This document shows, piece by piece, positions 1 through 10,208 of a stretch of DNA of 64,000 nucleotides. The notes under the pieces are model-generated. The model worked only from the letters and a program-made list of their open reading frames with translations, had not been told where the DNA came from and made no database searches. The stretch lies in the IMG/VR virus record IMGVR_UViG_3300005529_000007, positions 3,169 to 67,168 of that record, one strand, 5' to 3'. The position numbers and the translations under genes were made by a program. Origin of the DNA: a virus. Numbering within the stretch: position 1 is the first letter of the stretch; the number at the start of each line of letters is the position of its first letter.

Positions 1-194
1 CTGCACGCACAGACCCAACTAATACGAACATTGGGATCTACACGAAGGTCCCAAGCATTACCGTAACCAAGGCCACCGCCCAGGGAGCCGCCGTCAGTGA
101 TCCCGTCGAACGAGACGCTGACATGGCTCTGTGGGACACCACGGCCAACTGCTACGTCGCCCCGGAAAATACCTCCGTGGGCGTCAACCAGTAA
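1..194 (+). CDS. 3' end of a truncated hypothetical protein
   Basis: Open frame from position 3 (ARTDPTNTNIGIYTKVP...VGVNQ) ending TAA at 192-194. Confidence 0.6.
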   Translation, partial: ARTDPTNTNIGIYTKVPSITVTKATAQGAAVSDPVERDADMALWDTTANCYVAPENTSVGVNQ

Positions 195-204
195 CCTTGA
201 CCTT

Positions 205-291
205 GGGTAGACACGACGCGAGTCCCGCCCTCTTACTCGCCAGCAGCTCCGCTCTCTTCCTGCCTTGCGTTGAGTTGACTAAGGTCTACCC
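205..291 (+). other. Intergenic three-way-junction structured element
   Basis: GGGTAGAC(205-212)/GTCTACCC(284-291) closes the hairpins GCGAGT/ACTCGC and CAGCTC/GAGTTG. Confidence 0.45.
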
Positions 292-304
292 TAGCCCCTT
301 CTAA

Positions 305-601
305 ATGGAAATTATCGGTATCACGCGCCTGGATGCAGACGGCAACCCCACAGATCAGTTCGTGGTTCGTTGCGAGATTCACAACTGGTACTTCAAGGGA
401 ATGCCCCCAATTACTACAGGGTGCCGGGAATGCTGGCAAGCCTACTACTTCGCCCAGGTCGCACGCGCCGGAATGGACAAGAAGGAGTGCGTAGATCAAC
501 TAGAGAGTGCCATTCGGCACACTACGGAGTTGGTTGAAAAAGGCGGCTGGGATTTCGAGCCCTTAGAACATCCTGAAATCAAAATAGAAGAAGAAAACTA
601 A
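305..601 (+). CDS. Hypothetical protein with CxxH/CxxC motifs
   Basis: 98 aa ORF, stop overlaps the next start, motifs CEIH and CREC. Confidence 0.7.
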   Translation: MEIIGITRLDADGNPTDQFVVRCEIHNWYFKGMPPITTGCRECWQAYYFAQVARAGMDKKECVDQLESAIRHTTELVEKGGWDFEPLEHPEIKIEEEN

Positions 602-921
602 TGGCAACATATTCAAGTATTTTCATCCCCGCTTGCAGTGGATCTGCCTCCACACAGGACATTAGCGGTTCTGTGGGAGCGGCCTCGGCATCGGGCGAGA
701 TCGTCCTGGGTAAGTATCGCCTCTTTGCGATCAATGCCTCGGGAGATCTGAACATCATCGTGGGGCAGGCAGGTGTGCAAGCGCCTACGGCTGCCAACTT
801 CCGCATTCCCTCCGGGGTTGTGGCGGTCTACGACCTGGGTTCTCACGCCGACAGGATTCGCCTCTTCAACAACGGTGCTGGTTCGGTCACGTACTGGATT
901 CAGCCCCTGGAGCGCACCTAA
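601..921 (+). CDS. Small beta-rich putative virion protein
   Basis: 106 aa, translationally coupled within the structural operon. Confidence 0.65.
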   Translation: MATYSSIFIPACSGSASTQDISGSVGAASASGEIVLGKYRLFAINASGDLNIIVGQAGVQAPTAANFRIPSGVVAVYDLGSHADRIRLFNNGAGSVTYWIQPLERT

Positions 922-1802
922 TGAAAAAACTCCTCTTAACGTGCCTTCTCCTAGTGGGCAGCGCCTTCGGGCAGCTCGGGCAGTTCGGGGGAGGGACGAG
1001 CAACGGCTCAGGGAGCTCCGGGACGCTCAGTGCAGGCACACCGCTCTGCATTGGAGGTGACACTGGATGGTCCAGGTCGGCGGCAGCTATTTGGAACGCG
1101 GGAACGTGCGCCAATGGCAACGCCACAGGGACTATCAACGCAGCCACGATCAATGCTGGCTCGGGTGTATTCTCCACTGGAACAGGCGCAGGGCAACTTA
1201 CGCTTGGCCAGGGTGCAGCTCCGGGAGCGCTCACGGCGAATACTTGGAACCTCTATGCCCCTGCGACGCTCACAACTTCCTATGGCTGGACCCTACCTGC
1301 GGCGGGCAACACTGGCGCAGCCCAGGGACTCCTGGTAAGCCAAGCTACAGGCTCTCCTCTCAATTCCAATCTTAGTTTCTTGACGCTGTCTAACCCCACT
1401 ACGACTGGTGGGTATGCGACCTTCACGGGCACGCTGACTAATAACAACGTAGCTTGTATCCTCGGGACCTCCCCCAACCAGGACATCGGCAACTGTGGCG
1501 CTTCTGCCTCGTTGAACGGCCTGAACTTCACCAAGCTCAACGCCAATACCAACGGCACGCACTTCACGGCCACTACTGCCAACAAGGACATCTACGGCGT
1601 CTGTGCCTTCGCTGCCGCAACAACCTGCTCAATCGTTTTCACCACGAACTATTCATCGACTCCTGGCGTGCTAATCACGCCCCTGATTCCTGGCTCCACC
1701 ACCTTCACCGTTACTGCCGTGGCCACGACTGGCTTCACGATCACAGCCAGCGCCTCCTTCACCGGGAACGTGGCCTACCTAACGTTCGGTGACCCGAACT
1801 AA
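921..1802 (+). CDS. Tail fibre-like protein with N-terminal signal peptide
   Basis: Leader MKKLLLTCLLLVGSAFG; G/T/N/S-rich body; C-terminal beta domain typical of fibre tips (TTGFTITASASFTGNVAYLTFG). Confidence 0.7.
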   Translation: MKKLLLTCLLLVGSAFGQLGQFGGGTSNGSGSSGTLSAGTPLCIGGDTGWSRSAAAIWNAGTCANGNATGTINAATINAGSGVFSTGTGAGQLTLGQGAAPGALTANTWNLYAPATLTTSYGWTLPAAGNTGAAQGLLVSQATGSPLNSNLSFLTLSNPTTTGGYATFTGTLTNNNVACILGTSPNQDIGNCGASASLNGLNFTKLNANTNGTHFTATTANKDIYGVCAFAAATTCSIVFTTNYSSTPGVLITPLIPGSTTFTVTAVATTGFTITASASFTGNVAYLTFGDPN

Positions 1803-3595
1803 TGTTCCGTAAGCTCATCGCAGTCTTAGCGCTGTGTGCTTCTAGCTTCGCTGTTACAGCGGGGCATGGCTGGAAAGGGATTACCCTCACGGCTACGCCA
1901 GGACTTCCTGGTTGCGTTGGGGGCTCTCTCGTCTGCGGGAACCTGGGCACCTCTGCCACGATCCAAACCGACATCGTCAATGACACCACCATCATGACGA
2001 ACATCAAGCCTGCCTTTCAGCCGAACGTGGCCTGGGCAGCTTGGGACGGCGATCAGAATGGCAATGGTACTTGTGCAACCAACCACACATCTGCCTGTGT
2101 GGACTGGACGCAAGTAGACAACATGTTGATGCAGTACGTGAGCGCAGGTGTGGTTGTCAACCCCATGATGGTCCCTACCCAGGGCATCCAGGCGGCGATT
2201 GAGAACTACTTGCCGACGTATGTGACAAGTCCTACGTATGCCACGACCCTCGGGGCCCTGCCGAATACCCTCACTTGTTGCAATAACTTCTCAGCTAGTC
2301 TCTGGACTGGCACCAGTGTAAACACCGGAACGAACTGCGCAGGAGGGGATGCAAACACCGTCTGCGTGAACGTGGGTCCGAATTTCACCACGGGTAGTTC
2401 CTGGGTGGGAATGGGAGTAGTTGTGGGGACTTCGGTCTTTACGATAGCTTCTGTTACCAACACCACCAACCTAGAGCTTACTACCAGCCCTGGGAATCAA
2501 TCAGCAGTCTTCTTTGGGGTAGGTAGTCCGTTTGGTTCTGGTGCGAACTGCGGAACTCCGCCGTGCACCTATCCCCAGTGCGGCGGCACAAACGGCTGCC
2601 TCTGGACACAGAGCCAATTCAACGGCAACCAGGGCGAGCCCGTGCAATACGAGATCCCCTTCCAGACTGCCTGGCAAGTCGCCATTGGCAAGATCCTCCG
2701 ACATTTTTCAGGGAATACCTCCCTCTGCCAGTCCGACCAGGCCACGGGAGATGTGACCGATTGCACCCAGGCGAATCAGATCGCGGCTGCTATTGGCTAT
2801 GTCCGCTTCGGCTTCGGCGGCAACTCCGAGAACTTCGGCATTTGCTTCAACCACTGGACGTTTAACGTAAACAGTTTCCTGGGGACAGGCTTTACAAATG
2901 CCGAGGATGAATACATCCTCCACGCCTCCACGAACTACATCCAGACGATGTTCAACTATACCCAGAGCCTGGCCACGACCTACAACGTGCCCTTTGATCT
3001 GGTGGCTGACACGCATGGCTGGGGCGCTGGCGCAGGCGATGTCAACGCCGCGAATGCGGAATTTAAGTACGCAGTGGCCGTGGGCTGGGGCTCCGGCAAC
3101 CACGGAATGCAGAAGTCCGACCTTACGAACTTCGCCACGGGCGTAGCTACGAATGCTAACTGGCTAGGGAATCATCTCCTCTACGCTGGCCAGACCTTGG
3201 ACTACATGCAGCTCTTTGCTGCGGACGATCCAAGTTGCATGTTGGGCGCGTGCGCGAGCACCAATCCAAATGCCGTCCAGGTCGGTGCCCTTCCTCCGCT
3301 TCTAGTGTTCGCCTCCGAGCATGGGATTCGTCGAATCGAATTCACCATTTGCCCGGTTGTGGGACTCCACTTCACCGTAGGCAACTACGCCTCACTGCCG
3401 ACGAACGGCCTGGCTTCTGGGAACAACTTGAATTGCTCCTCGGGCTGGGTCAGCTCTGCCACCTTCAATGCCCTGGGAGGCCCCACCGGGGTCTACTTCC
3501 AGGCCATGCAGAACTTCGTCAACGGCACCCCTGTGTCAGCCTCCGCCCTCTCGGGCAGCGTTGCCATCAAGGGGAACAACGCCATACTTCACTGA
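1802..3595 (+). CDS. Cys-rich exported protein, possible glycoside hydrolase or virion appendage
   Basis: Signal peptide MFRKLIAVLALCASSFA; about 20 Cys; WAAWD...DWTQVDNML segment resembles TIM-barrel glycosidases. Confidence 0.6.
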   Translation: MFRKLIAVLALCASSFAVTAGHGWKGITLTATPGLPGCVGGSLVCGNLGTSATIQTDIVNDTTIMTNIKPAFQPNVAWAAWDGDQNGNGTCATNHTSACVDWTQVDNMLMQYVSAGVVVNPMMVPTQGIQAAIENYLPTYVTSPTYATTLGALPNTLTCCNNFSASLWTGTSVNTGTNCAGGDANTVCVNVGPNFTTGSSWVGMGVVVGTSVFTIASVTNTTNLELTTSPGNQSAVFFGVGSPFGSGANCGTPPCTYPQCGGTNGCLWTQSQFNGNQGEPVQYEIPFQTAWQVAIGKILRHFSGNTSLCQSDQATGDVTDCTQANQIAAAIGYVRFGFGGNSENFGICFNHWTFNVNSFLGTGFTNAEDEYILHASTNYIQTMFNYTQSLATTYNVPFDLVADTHGWGAGAGDVNAANAEFKYAVAVGWGSGNHGMQKSDLTNFATGVATNANWLGNHLLYAGQTLDYMQLFAADDPSCMLGACASTNPNAVQVGALPPLLVFASEHGIRRIEFTICPVVGLHFTVGNYASLPTNGLASGNNLNCSSGWVSSATFNALGGPTGVYFQAMQNFVNGTPVSASALSGSVAIKGNNAILH

Positions 3596-3849
3596 TGGGC
3601 AGAATATATATCTATAAAAATCCCCGCACCCCCTTTAGGAAGCTCCCTAAGGGCGTGAACCTCCACCTCGTGGAGCCGCCACAGTACGTCTGTGCGAAGT
3701 GCCGAGAGTACGCCAAGGAATACTCCGATGGCGTCATCTGGTGCGACAAGTGCGGTGGGCCCAAAGAACAATCCGACCTCGTCAATCTCCGTCGCGGAAG
3801 ATCGCGTGTGACGCCAACCCCTGAATGGAAACGCATCAACGTTGATTAA
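3595..3849 (+). CDS. Zinc-ribbon protein
   Basis: ATG 3595 overlaps the upstream TGA; CAKC and CDKC motifs. Confidence 0.65.
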   Translation: MGRIYIYKNPRTPFRKLPKGVNLHLVEPPQYVCAKCREYAKEYSDGVIWCDKCGGPKEQSDLVNLRRGRSRVTPTPEWKRINVD

Positions 3850-5644
3850 GAAACTTCTTCTTAGCTTAGTCCTGCTAGGTTCTGCCTTCGCCCAGGTGAA
3901 CACGGCCAACATTGGCTTGATTCAGATCCCAGATGGCACGCTCAACTGGGGCGGATCAATGCGCACCAACTTCAACATCCTGGATAACCTGTTCTCTGCG
4001 TCGAATCCAACCGTTGTCCCAGGCTTCAAGGTTACGAATCTTTATCTCCCTGCGGTCTCTGTCGGGAGCTGTCTCAACGTCGGGGCGCTTAACGTCGTCA
4101 CCGGATACAACTGCCTGAACTTGGTATCTGGTCCGGGCATGAACTGCACGGGCTTCTCGGGCACGGTTACCTGTGGTATGACCAACACGGGTGTGACTGC
4201 GGGAAGCTACTCGAATGTCAACGTGACGGTGGATGCTCAGGGAAGAATCCTTGGTATCTCCAGCAGCACTGGCGGGACAGGCCTTCCAGCGACAGTCAAC
4301 TATCTCCCCTCTGGGTCGAACCAAGCCACCATCCAAGCTGCCCTGACGGGCGCGATCAGCGGAGAGACCATCTGGTTCTCAGGGTCCTATACCGCGTGCG
4401 GACTTACTTTGTCCGTGCCGGATGTGCACCTCCTTGGAATGGACGAAGACGGTTCAGTAATTTCCTGCGCAACCGCCAGTTCACCCATCTTGACAGTCAG
4501 CGGCGCAGGCGACCAGGTAGACAACCTGAACCTGAAGCACGTGACCAACTCCCCTACTTGTCCTGGAGGCAATGGAACTGCAACCTGCGGAGACGGCATT
4601 CAAGTCTTCCCCTCAGGCTCTCGGGTCAGGATCTCGAACGTCCACACGAATTTCAACTACAACGGTATCGCCCTGGGCTGGACGGCCTACGCGGTTCTCG
4701 ACAACTTCATCTCCGAGTTCAATAACAACCACGGAGTAGCGTTCATCCTGGACGCCAGCAACCCCCACATGCAGTGGGAGGTGGGACGCGGACTCTCTGA
4801 GCAGAACCTGGGCAATGGCTTCGATGTCACCTGTCCAGCGTCGTTCACCAATGTCCACACTCCTGGCCCGCACTTCTCGGGCAAGACCCAGACCTTCGGC
4901 AACAACGGCTACGGCTTCAACTTCGACTGCACGGCAGCGACCTCGTCCGGGATCTCGGACATCTGGATAGACGGAGCATTCTCCTCCCAGAACAACAAGT
5001 CAGGCTTCCACTTCAGCAACGGTGGGCGGAACGTCATCATGACGGGAACCTATTCCGAGCAAGCTGGAAGCTACGCGGGTGGCGCAGGATTTCCAAACTG
5101 TAGCGGCAATCCTTGTTCGCAAACCCCCTCGGGCTCGGGCTACGGAATCGAAGTAACCTCCGCTTGCGACAACACCTTTCCCCCGGATATTACGGGCGGC
5201 GGCATATGGCAGAACGACTACAGCGGAATCTTTGCTGGATGCCCTGGCATGTCGATCACTGGCGTCAATACGTTTGACAACGGCTTCGCCTCTGCCTCGG
5301 CCCAGACCGAAGCAGGCATCACCATCGCGGCAGACAACGTGAACGTCACGGGTGGGTACAACCAGAAGGGCTCGCATGAGACTTCCGGTATCTACATCCA
5401 GTCTGGGGACAAGCCGAACATCATGGGCTACCAGTGCGATTCCAACGTGAACAACTGCATCAACGTGGCCTCGATCCCCGCTAGTGGCTTCATCGAGCGC
5501 ATTGGCAACTCCCGCTGGACACAGTCGGACTCGGTAGCCTCCGGTTCCTGCCAGAACGGCGACAAGTGGACGCGGACGAATGCTGCCAACACTGGCACCT
5601 CCGAATGGACGTGCAAGAACGGCGCATACGTGGCCATTAACTAA
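3842..5644 (+). CDS. Tailspike, right-handed beta-helix (pectin-lyase-like), with signal peptide
   Basis: Leader MIKKLLLSLVLLGSAFA; head-binding-like segment TANIGL..P.G..NWG...NFNILD; fibre motif GVTAGSY...TVDAQGRI; then N/G-rich beta-helix repeats. Confidence 0.8.
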   Translation: MIKKLLLSLVLLGSAFAQVNTANIGLIQIPDGTLNWGGSMRTNFNILDNLFSASNPTVVPGFKVTNLYLPAVSVGSCLNVGALNVVTGYNCLNLVSGPGMNCTGFSGTVTCGMTNTGVTAGSYSNVNVTVDAQGRILGISSSTGGTGLPATVNYLPSGSNQATIQAALTGAISGETIWFSGSYTACGLTLSVPDVHLLGMDEDGSVISCATASSPILTVSGAGDQVDNLNLKHVTNSPTCPGGNGTATCGDGIQVFPSGSRVRISNVHTNFNYNGIALGWTAYAVLDNFISEFNNNHGVAFILDASNPHMQWEVGRGLSEQNLGNGFDVTCPASFTNVHTPGPHFSGKTQTFGNNGYGFNFDCTAATSSGISDIWIDGAFSSQNNKSGFHFSNGGRNVIMTGTYSEQAGSYAGGAGFPNCSGNPCSQTPSGSGYGIEVTSACDNTFPPDITGGGIWQNDYSGIFAGCPGMSITGVNTFDNGFASASAQTEAGITIAADNVNVTGGYNQKGSHETSGIYIQSGDKPNIMGYQCDSNVNNCINVASIPASGFIERIGNSRWTQSDSVASGSCQNGDKWTRTNAANTGTSEWTCKNGAYVAIN

Positions 5645-6213
5645 TGCCAGGCTTTGGTTCAAATCCGTTCGGACAGACAGCCTTTGGTGATCCCCCTGTA
5701 CCGACTTTAACGGTCTCAGGTTGCATCCCGCTGATTCCTTCTCCGAATGGACAGAACTGGACCCTGGGCATCACCGACAACGGAGAACTCACCACCACCC
5801 CAGCGCGGCAGGCAGGCATTCCTTCTCCTATGAAGATCGCCTCCCCGAGCTTTAGTTGGCTCATCACTGCCGACAACAACGGGGCAATCGTAACTACCCA
5901 GTTCTCCCTGGACTCCTCGCCCTTCTACTGGACGTTGAGATCCCTCCCTAGCTTCCTGCGCTATGCCATCTCAGCCGACGATCTCGGGGAACTTCAAACG
6001 CAACTGTTCAATGTTGCGGCGAATATCTCGGCTACTGTTCCTTATCCCCAAGATGTAACCATGTCCCGCTGGCCTGACACCATTGGCCTGATCTGCTACT
6101 CCTGTGGCAACGCCACGGTCAGCCTCTCAGCGGACATGAGCTGCTGGTGCTGTTCCTGCAACTCCTTCGTAGACGTAGAAGACACCAACGAGCTGGTCAT
6201 CATAGACGAGTAA
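5644..6213 (+). CDS. Putative tail-associated protein with three short repeats and a C-terminal Zn ribbon
   Basis: Repeats WTLGITDNGELTT / WLITADNNGAIVT / YAISADDLGELQT; CYSC...CWCCSC. Confidence 0.6.
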   Translation: MPGFGSNPFGQTAFGDPPVPTLTVSGCIPLIPSPNGQNWTLGITDNGELTTTPARQAGIPSPMKIASPSFSWLITADNNGAIVTTQFSLDSSPFYWTLRSLPSFLRYAISADDLGELQTQLFNVAANISATVPYPQDVTMSRWPDTIGLICYSCGNATVSLSADMSCWCCSCNSFVDVEDTNELVIIDE

Positions 6214-8111
6214 TGTTTAAGAAATTTATAGCAATCCTCACCCTGGCTGCTACGTGCTTCGCACAGACGCACACTACCGTGATGAAGGATCTGAATAGCA
6301 CCATCACTGGCGCAGTCTCCACCAGGCAGTGGATCGACGCCTCGGACACCTCCCGGTTCACGGGCGATGCCTGCCAGATGATTCTCGCGGCCCAGCAAAG
6401 CACAGCCGTGGGAGTGGTGATTGATGCCCGTGGCTTCACGGGCGACCAGGCATGTTCGGTTAATCCGTTCTCCTTTAGCTACCAGGGGACCATTCTCCTG
6501 GGGCCTACGTTCTACCACATTGCCACGCCCTGGATGCTGCCTCACAAGGTCAATCTTCTCGGAGCTGGCTGGGAGACGGGCCTGGGCAATAACTCCATTG
6601 GCTCGACGGTTATTCAGGCTTGCAGCGGGGCTGGACAGTATTGTGCCGGAGCATTTCCCTCGAATGGGATCATGTTCTGCTACACGGACGATGGCACTAC
6701 GTGCAACCACACTAGCGGACCAGTCTTTGACTCGCCTTTATATAACTTAACCTTCGACGGGAACAACGTCCTAGGCATCACTCTCTTGGCGAACTTCGTA
6801 GGCCAAGAGGGAACGGGCTTCTTCCGCATCAACGGCTTCGGCTACGGCAACCATGGCGTGGGTATCAACCTCGGTGGGATTGGCAAGGACCCCGTAGACA
6901 ATGGTCCTGGCTCCCAGAACACCACCCTCGACGAGATCTCCCTCTCGCTCATCACAGGCAATACCTGCACCGTAGATTCGATTGGCATCCTGGTGGACAC
7001 TGGCGGTCCGGCTTTCCCGAGCGCCCGCTCGATCAGCAATGTGACCATCACCAACCAGGGATGCGCCTCGAACCTCTACCCGGATGTAAACATCCAGATC
7101 AGCACAGGCTCCATGAAGCTGGACTCGATTCACTGCGAGAGCTTTCAGCGAGCGTGTGTCACCCTGGGGTATAGCCCAGTTGGCTTAGCAGGCGGCGCTT
7201 CCGGCATCTCCATCGACGAGATCAACTGCGGGAACTGTGCGCCACAGCCTTCGACCAACCTGGCCACCACCACTTCCATTAGCGGCAACACCGTCACCGT
7301 CACAGGCCTGGGCACGAACACCAACATCCGCGTGGGCGACCTGGTCATCATGTCGGGTTGCGCCCCGGCTGGCTACAACAACGCCTACGTAGTTCTTACT
7401 ACGACCGCCACGACTTTCACAGGCGTCATCGGCGGGAACACCCCTCCTGTCGGGAACGGCACCTGTAGTGCCTACCAGCCAGAGAACACGGTTGTTCTGA
7501 TCTCCAATCAATATGCGGCAGGCACGGCCTCTATCTCTCTTTCCAACGTTAGGGCTGTCGGGCCTAATCTCCCCTTCGACACGATTGTCGATGAAATCAA
7601 CGCCACGGCCAGCACCGGAGCCACGGTCAATACCACCAACGCGAACGTGCTAAATGCTGCGGTTGAAAATCAAGTCTCCCTCTACATCCTGGGCGATGCC
7701 AGCTCCTTCCCCGCATTCGGCACGAACGTCTTCACGACTTCCTGGCAGATCCCGCAAACGCAGCTTTCGGTGATGTCCACACAGGAAATTGTCACCTCGT
7801 ATAACTGCGCTGCCCAAGGCGGCAACTGTCAGAACGGCGGTCCCTCACAGCCAGCGGTCATTGCGGGCCTGGTCGCCATCGGCACCGGACAGACCACCGT
7901 CACAGTGACGACGAAGGCTGTCACATCGAACTCCGAAATCTTCATTCAAGAAGATCCCTCTGCCGGGAGCAGGTTCCTGGCCACGTGCAGCACCTCTCAA
8001 TTCGTCAACGCCATGGTCACCTCTCGCAGCGCTGGAGTCAGTTTCACGATCACGATCTCTGCCCCGGTTACAAGCAATCCCCTCTGTTTTGACTTCTGGA
8101 TAGTCAACTAA
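6213..8111 (+). CDS. Tailspike/fibre (beta-helix) with signal peptide
   Basis: Start ATG 6213 overlaps the upstream TAA; leader MFKKFIAILTLAATCFA; beta-helix body; fibre-tip C-terminus (TVTVTTKAVTSNSEIF...GVSFTITIS...FWIVN). Confidence 0.78.
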   Translation: MFKKFIAILTLAATCFAQTHTTVMKDLNSTITGAVSTRQWIDASDTSRFTGDACQMILAAQQSTAVGVVIDARGFTGDQACSVNPFSFSYQGTILLGPTFYHIATPWMLPHKVNLLGAGWETGLGNNSIGSTVIQACSGAGQYCAGAFPSNGIMFCYTDDGTTCNHTSGPVFDSPLYNLTFDGNNVLGITLLANFVGQEGTGFFRINGFGYGNHGVGINLGGIGKDPVDNGPGSQNTTLDEISLSLITGNTCTVDSIGILVDTGGPAFPSARSISNVTITNQGCASNLYPDVNIQISTGSMKLDSIHCESFQRACVTLGYSPVGLAGGASGISIDEINCGNCAPQPSTNLATTTSISGNTVTVTGLGTNTNIRVGDLVIMSGCAPAGYNNAYVVLTTTATTFTGVIGGNTPPVGNGTCSAYQPENTVVLISNQYAAGTASISLSNVRAVGPNLPFDTIVDEINATASTGATVNTTNANVLNAAVENQVSLYILGDASSFPAFGTNVFTTSWQIPQTQLSVMSTQEIVTSYNCAAQGGNCQNGGPSQPAVIAGLVAIGTGQTTVTVTTKAVTSNSEIFIQEDPSAGSRFLATCSTSQFVNAMVTSRSAGVSFTITISAPVTSNPLCFDFWIVN

Positions 8112-10208
8112 GTGCCTCTAGAGTACAACAACCCATCCGTTGCTCCCATGGTCTCGGTCTCCGAAGACCCTAACGAGCAGATTACCAACAAGGCTATTAC
8201 CAGCCTGCGTCGTATGCGGTACTTCCGCAAGCAATACGACCAGCGCCGGGCCTACTTCTATCGGCAATACATTGGGCAGCGGGACCAGAGATTCTACCCG
8301 GATAACATCACCCCCAGGGCGAACTCCTTTGTTCCATATCCTCTCTCCAACGTAGAGACCATCGTCTCCCGTGTTCTGGATGCCTTCTTTTCATATGAGG
8401 ACTTCTTTGATTCGCGTGGCCGCTCTGCGCAAGATGAGCCCTCTGCCGAGAAGATGAAGCACGTCCTGCTCAAGATGTTCCACGAGGCCAAGCTCATCCA
8501 GTCCTTCGAGACCCTGGTGCGGAACATCGCCATCTACGGCCACGCAGGAATGAAGATCGACTGGGATTGGGACTTCGATTGGGTGACATACGCCAAGCCC
8601 ATCTTTGCCATGAGCGACGATGGCATGACGCCGCTGATGCAGCCGACCCTGGACCCCAATACGATGCAACCTGTCATGCAGCCTGTCATCCTGGGGTATC
8701 AGCCAGATCGCAAGCCAGTGGCGCGGAACAGGCCGCGCTTCATCCCCATCGACGTGTATGACCTGATGGTCGATCCCGATGGCGGAATCATTGCCCATCT
8801 CACCGAACGCACCCTTGGACAAATGAAGCGCGAGCAAGCCATGAGTCTCATGGCAGCGCAGCAGGACCCCAGCAAGAAGCCGCTCTATCTCCCAGAGGCA
8901 ATGGAGACCTTGGAGCGCCGCGTCAGGGAAAGCGTCAAGGCTCCCGACAACCCGGATGATACTGTCATCCGCCTAGCAGAGCTCTGGGATGAATATGCCC
9001 AGACTCAAACCATCATGACCTACGGCGAAGATGCCGAGGCCATAAGCTGGAAAGATCTCCGCGCATCCTACAGGGCCGCAGGCTACAGCCCCTTCAAGCG
9101 CAAAGTTTACGCAGGCACGCCTCTCCTTCTCTACCACGGAGAGAGCCCCTTCATGCACAAGAAGTGCCCGATTGTGCACACGAGCTTCATCAAGATTCCG
9201 AATGAAATCTTCGGCCTGGGTGCCATCGAGATCATCTCGGACTTGACCGAGTCCCTGAACAAGTTCGTCAACATGGTTACGGACAACTGGAACCTGGGCA
9301 TCAATCGGCGGTTTGCCTTCGACGTGAACGCCGACATCGACCATGAAGCACTGAACAGTTTCAACGTCCCAGGCGGACGAGTGGGCGTCTCCGGCGATCC
9401 CACCAAGGTCATCATGCCCCTGCCCTTCTTCACCCCCCAGGCAGGCGACTACCAGGTCCTCGATCTCTACAAGGGCATGATCGAAATGACCTCCGGGGTG
9501 AGTGACTTCTACTCCAAGGCAGTGGGTTCCCCGACTGGGAATCGCACCGCCACAGGCATCAGCAATGTCATGCAGGAGTCCAACTACAGGTTCAAGATGT
9601 TCATCCGCAACCTGGAACTGGATGTCCTACAGCCTCTCCTTGAAATGTGCGCCTCGATGGTCCAGCAGTACTTGACGGATGACATTGAAGTGCAGATCAC
9701 CGGGGAGAACCCCACCATCAAGAAGTGGATCACCCTGCGCCCCGAGGAACTCATCGGGACTTTGCAGTTCGATCTCATTGCCGCCAACTACGCCAGCAAT
9801 CGGATGATTCGCCAGAGAAACCTGCTGGCCTTGTTCAACCTGGCTGCACAGAGCCCGTACCTCAACCAGTACGAGGCCCTTAAAGAACTCTTCGTGGCCT
9901 TCGAGGTGCGCAACGTCAACAAGCTGTTGTACGCCCCGCCTCAAGTTCAGATGATGCAGCTCCAAGAACAAGAGCAGCAGATCAAGATGATGGCCTTGCA
10001 GAGCATGATGGACACCGAAGGGAAGGCCCGGTTAAGCCAGGCCAAACCGCAAATGGGCAAGGGCCCAGACGGGCGTCCGCGCAAGATGCAGTTCGAGGGC
10101 AAGATCCCAGGCGCAGGCCTGATGGGTCCGATCCGCGAGCTCGCGCAAAGCATGGGAGCCAACGGCCTCGGCCTTGAAGGCATGGGTCAGGTTCCTGAGG
10201 GAGAGTAA
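8112..10208 (+). CDS. Portal protein
   Basis: 698 aa upstream of scaffold and capsid; IYGHAGMKIDW and RTATGIS motifs; Q/M-rich C-terminal tail typical of podoviral portals. Confidence 0.88.
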   Translation: MPLEYNNPSVAPMVSVSEDPNEQITNKAITSLRRMRYFRKQYDQRRAYFYRQYIGQRDQRFYPDNITPRANSFVPYPLSNVETIVSRVLDAFFSYEDFFDSRGRSAQDEPSAEKMKHVLLKMFHEAKLIQSFETLVRNIAIYGHAGMKIDWDWDFDWVTYAKPIFAMSDDGMTPLMQPTLDPNTMQPVMQPVILGYQPDRKPVARNRPRFIPIDVYDLMVDPDGGIIAHLTERTLGQMKREQAMSLMAAQQDPSKKPLYLPEAMETLERRVRESVKAPDNPDDTVIRLAELWDEYAQTQTIMTYGEDAEAISWKDLRASYRAAGYSPFKRKVYAGTPLLLYHGESPFMHKKCPIVHTSFIKIPNEIFGLGAIEIISDLTESLNKFVNMVTDNWNLGINRRFAFDVNADIDHEALNSFNVPGGRVGVSGDPTKVIMPLPFFTPQAGDYQVLDLYKGMIEMTSGVSDFYSKAVGSPTGNRTATGISNVMQESNYRFKMFIRNLELDVLQPLLEMCASMVQQYLTDDIEVQITGENPTIKKWITLRPEELIGTLQFDLIAANYASNRMIRQRNLLALFNLAAQSPYLNQYEALKELFVAFEVRNVNKLLYAPPQVQMMQLQEQEQQIKMMALQSMMDTEGKARLSQAKPQMGKGPDGRPRKMQFEGKIPGAGLMGPIRELAQSMGANGLGLEGMGQVPEGE

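Noticed and set aside
6147-6212. Upstream starts given for ORFs 6147, 13611, 15170, 3235, 48968 and 39056
   Set aside because: Internal starts overlapping upstream stops, with an SD, or required by motifs (e.g. GATase Cys2) are better supported.
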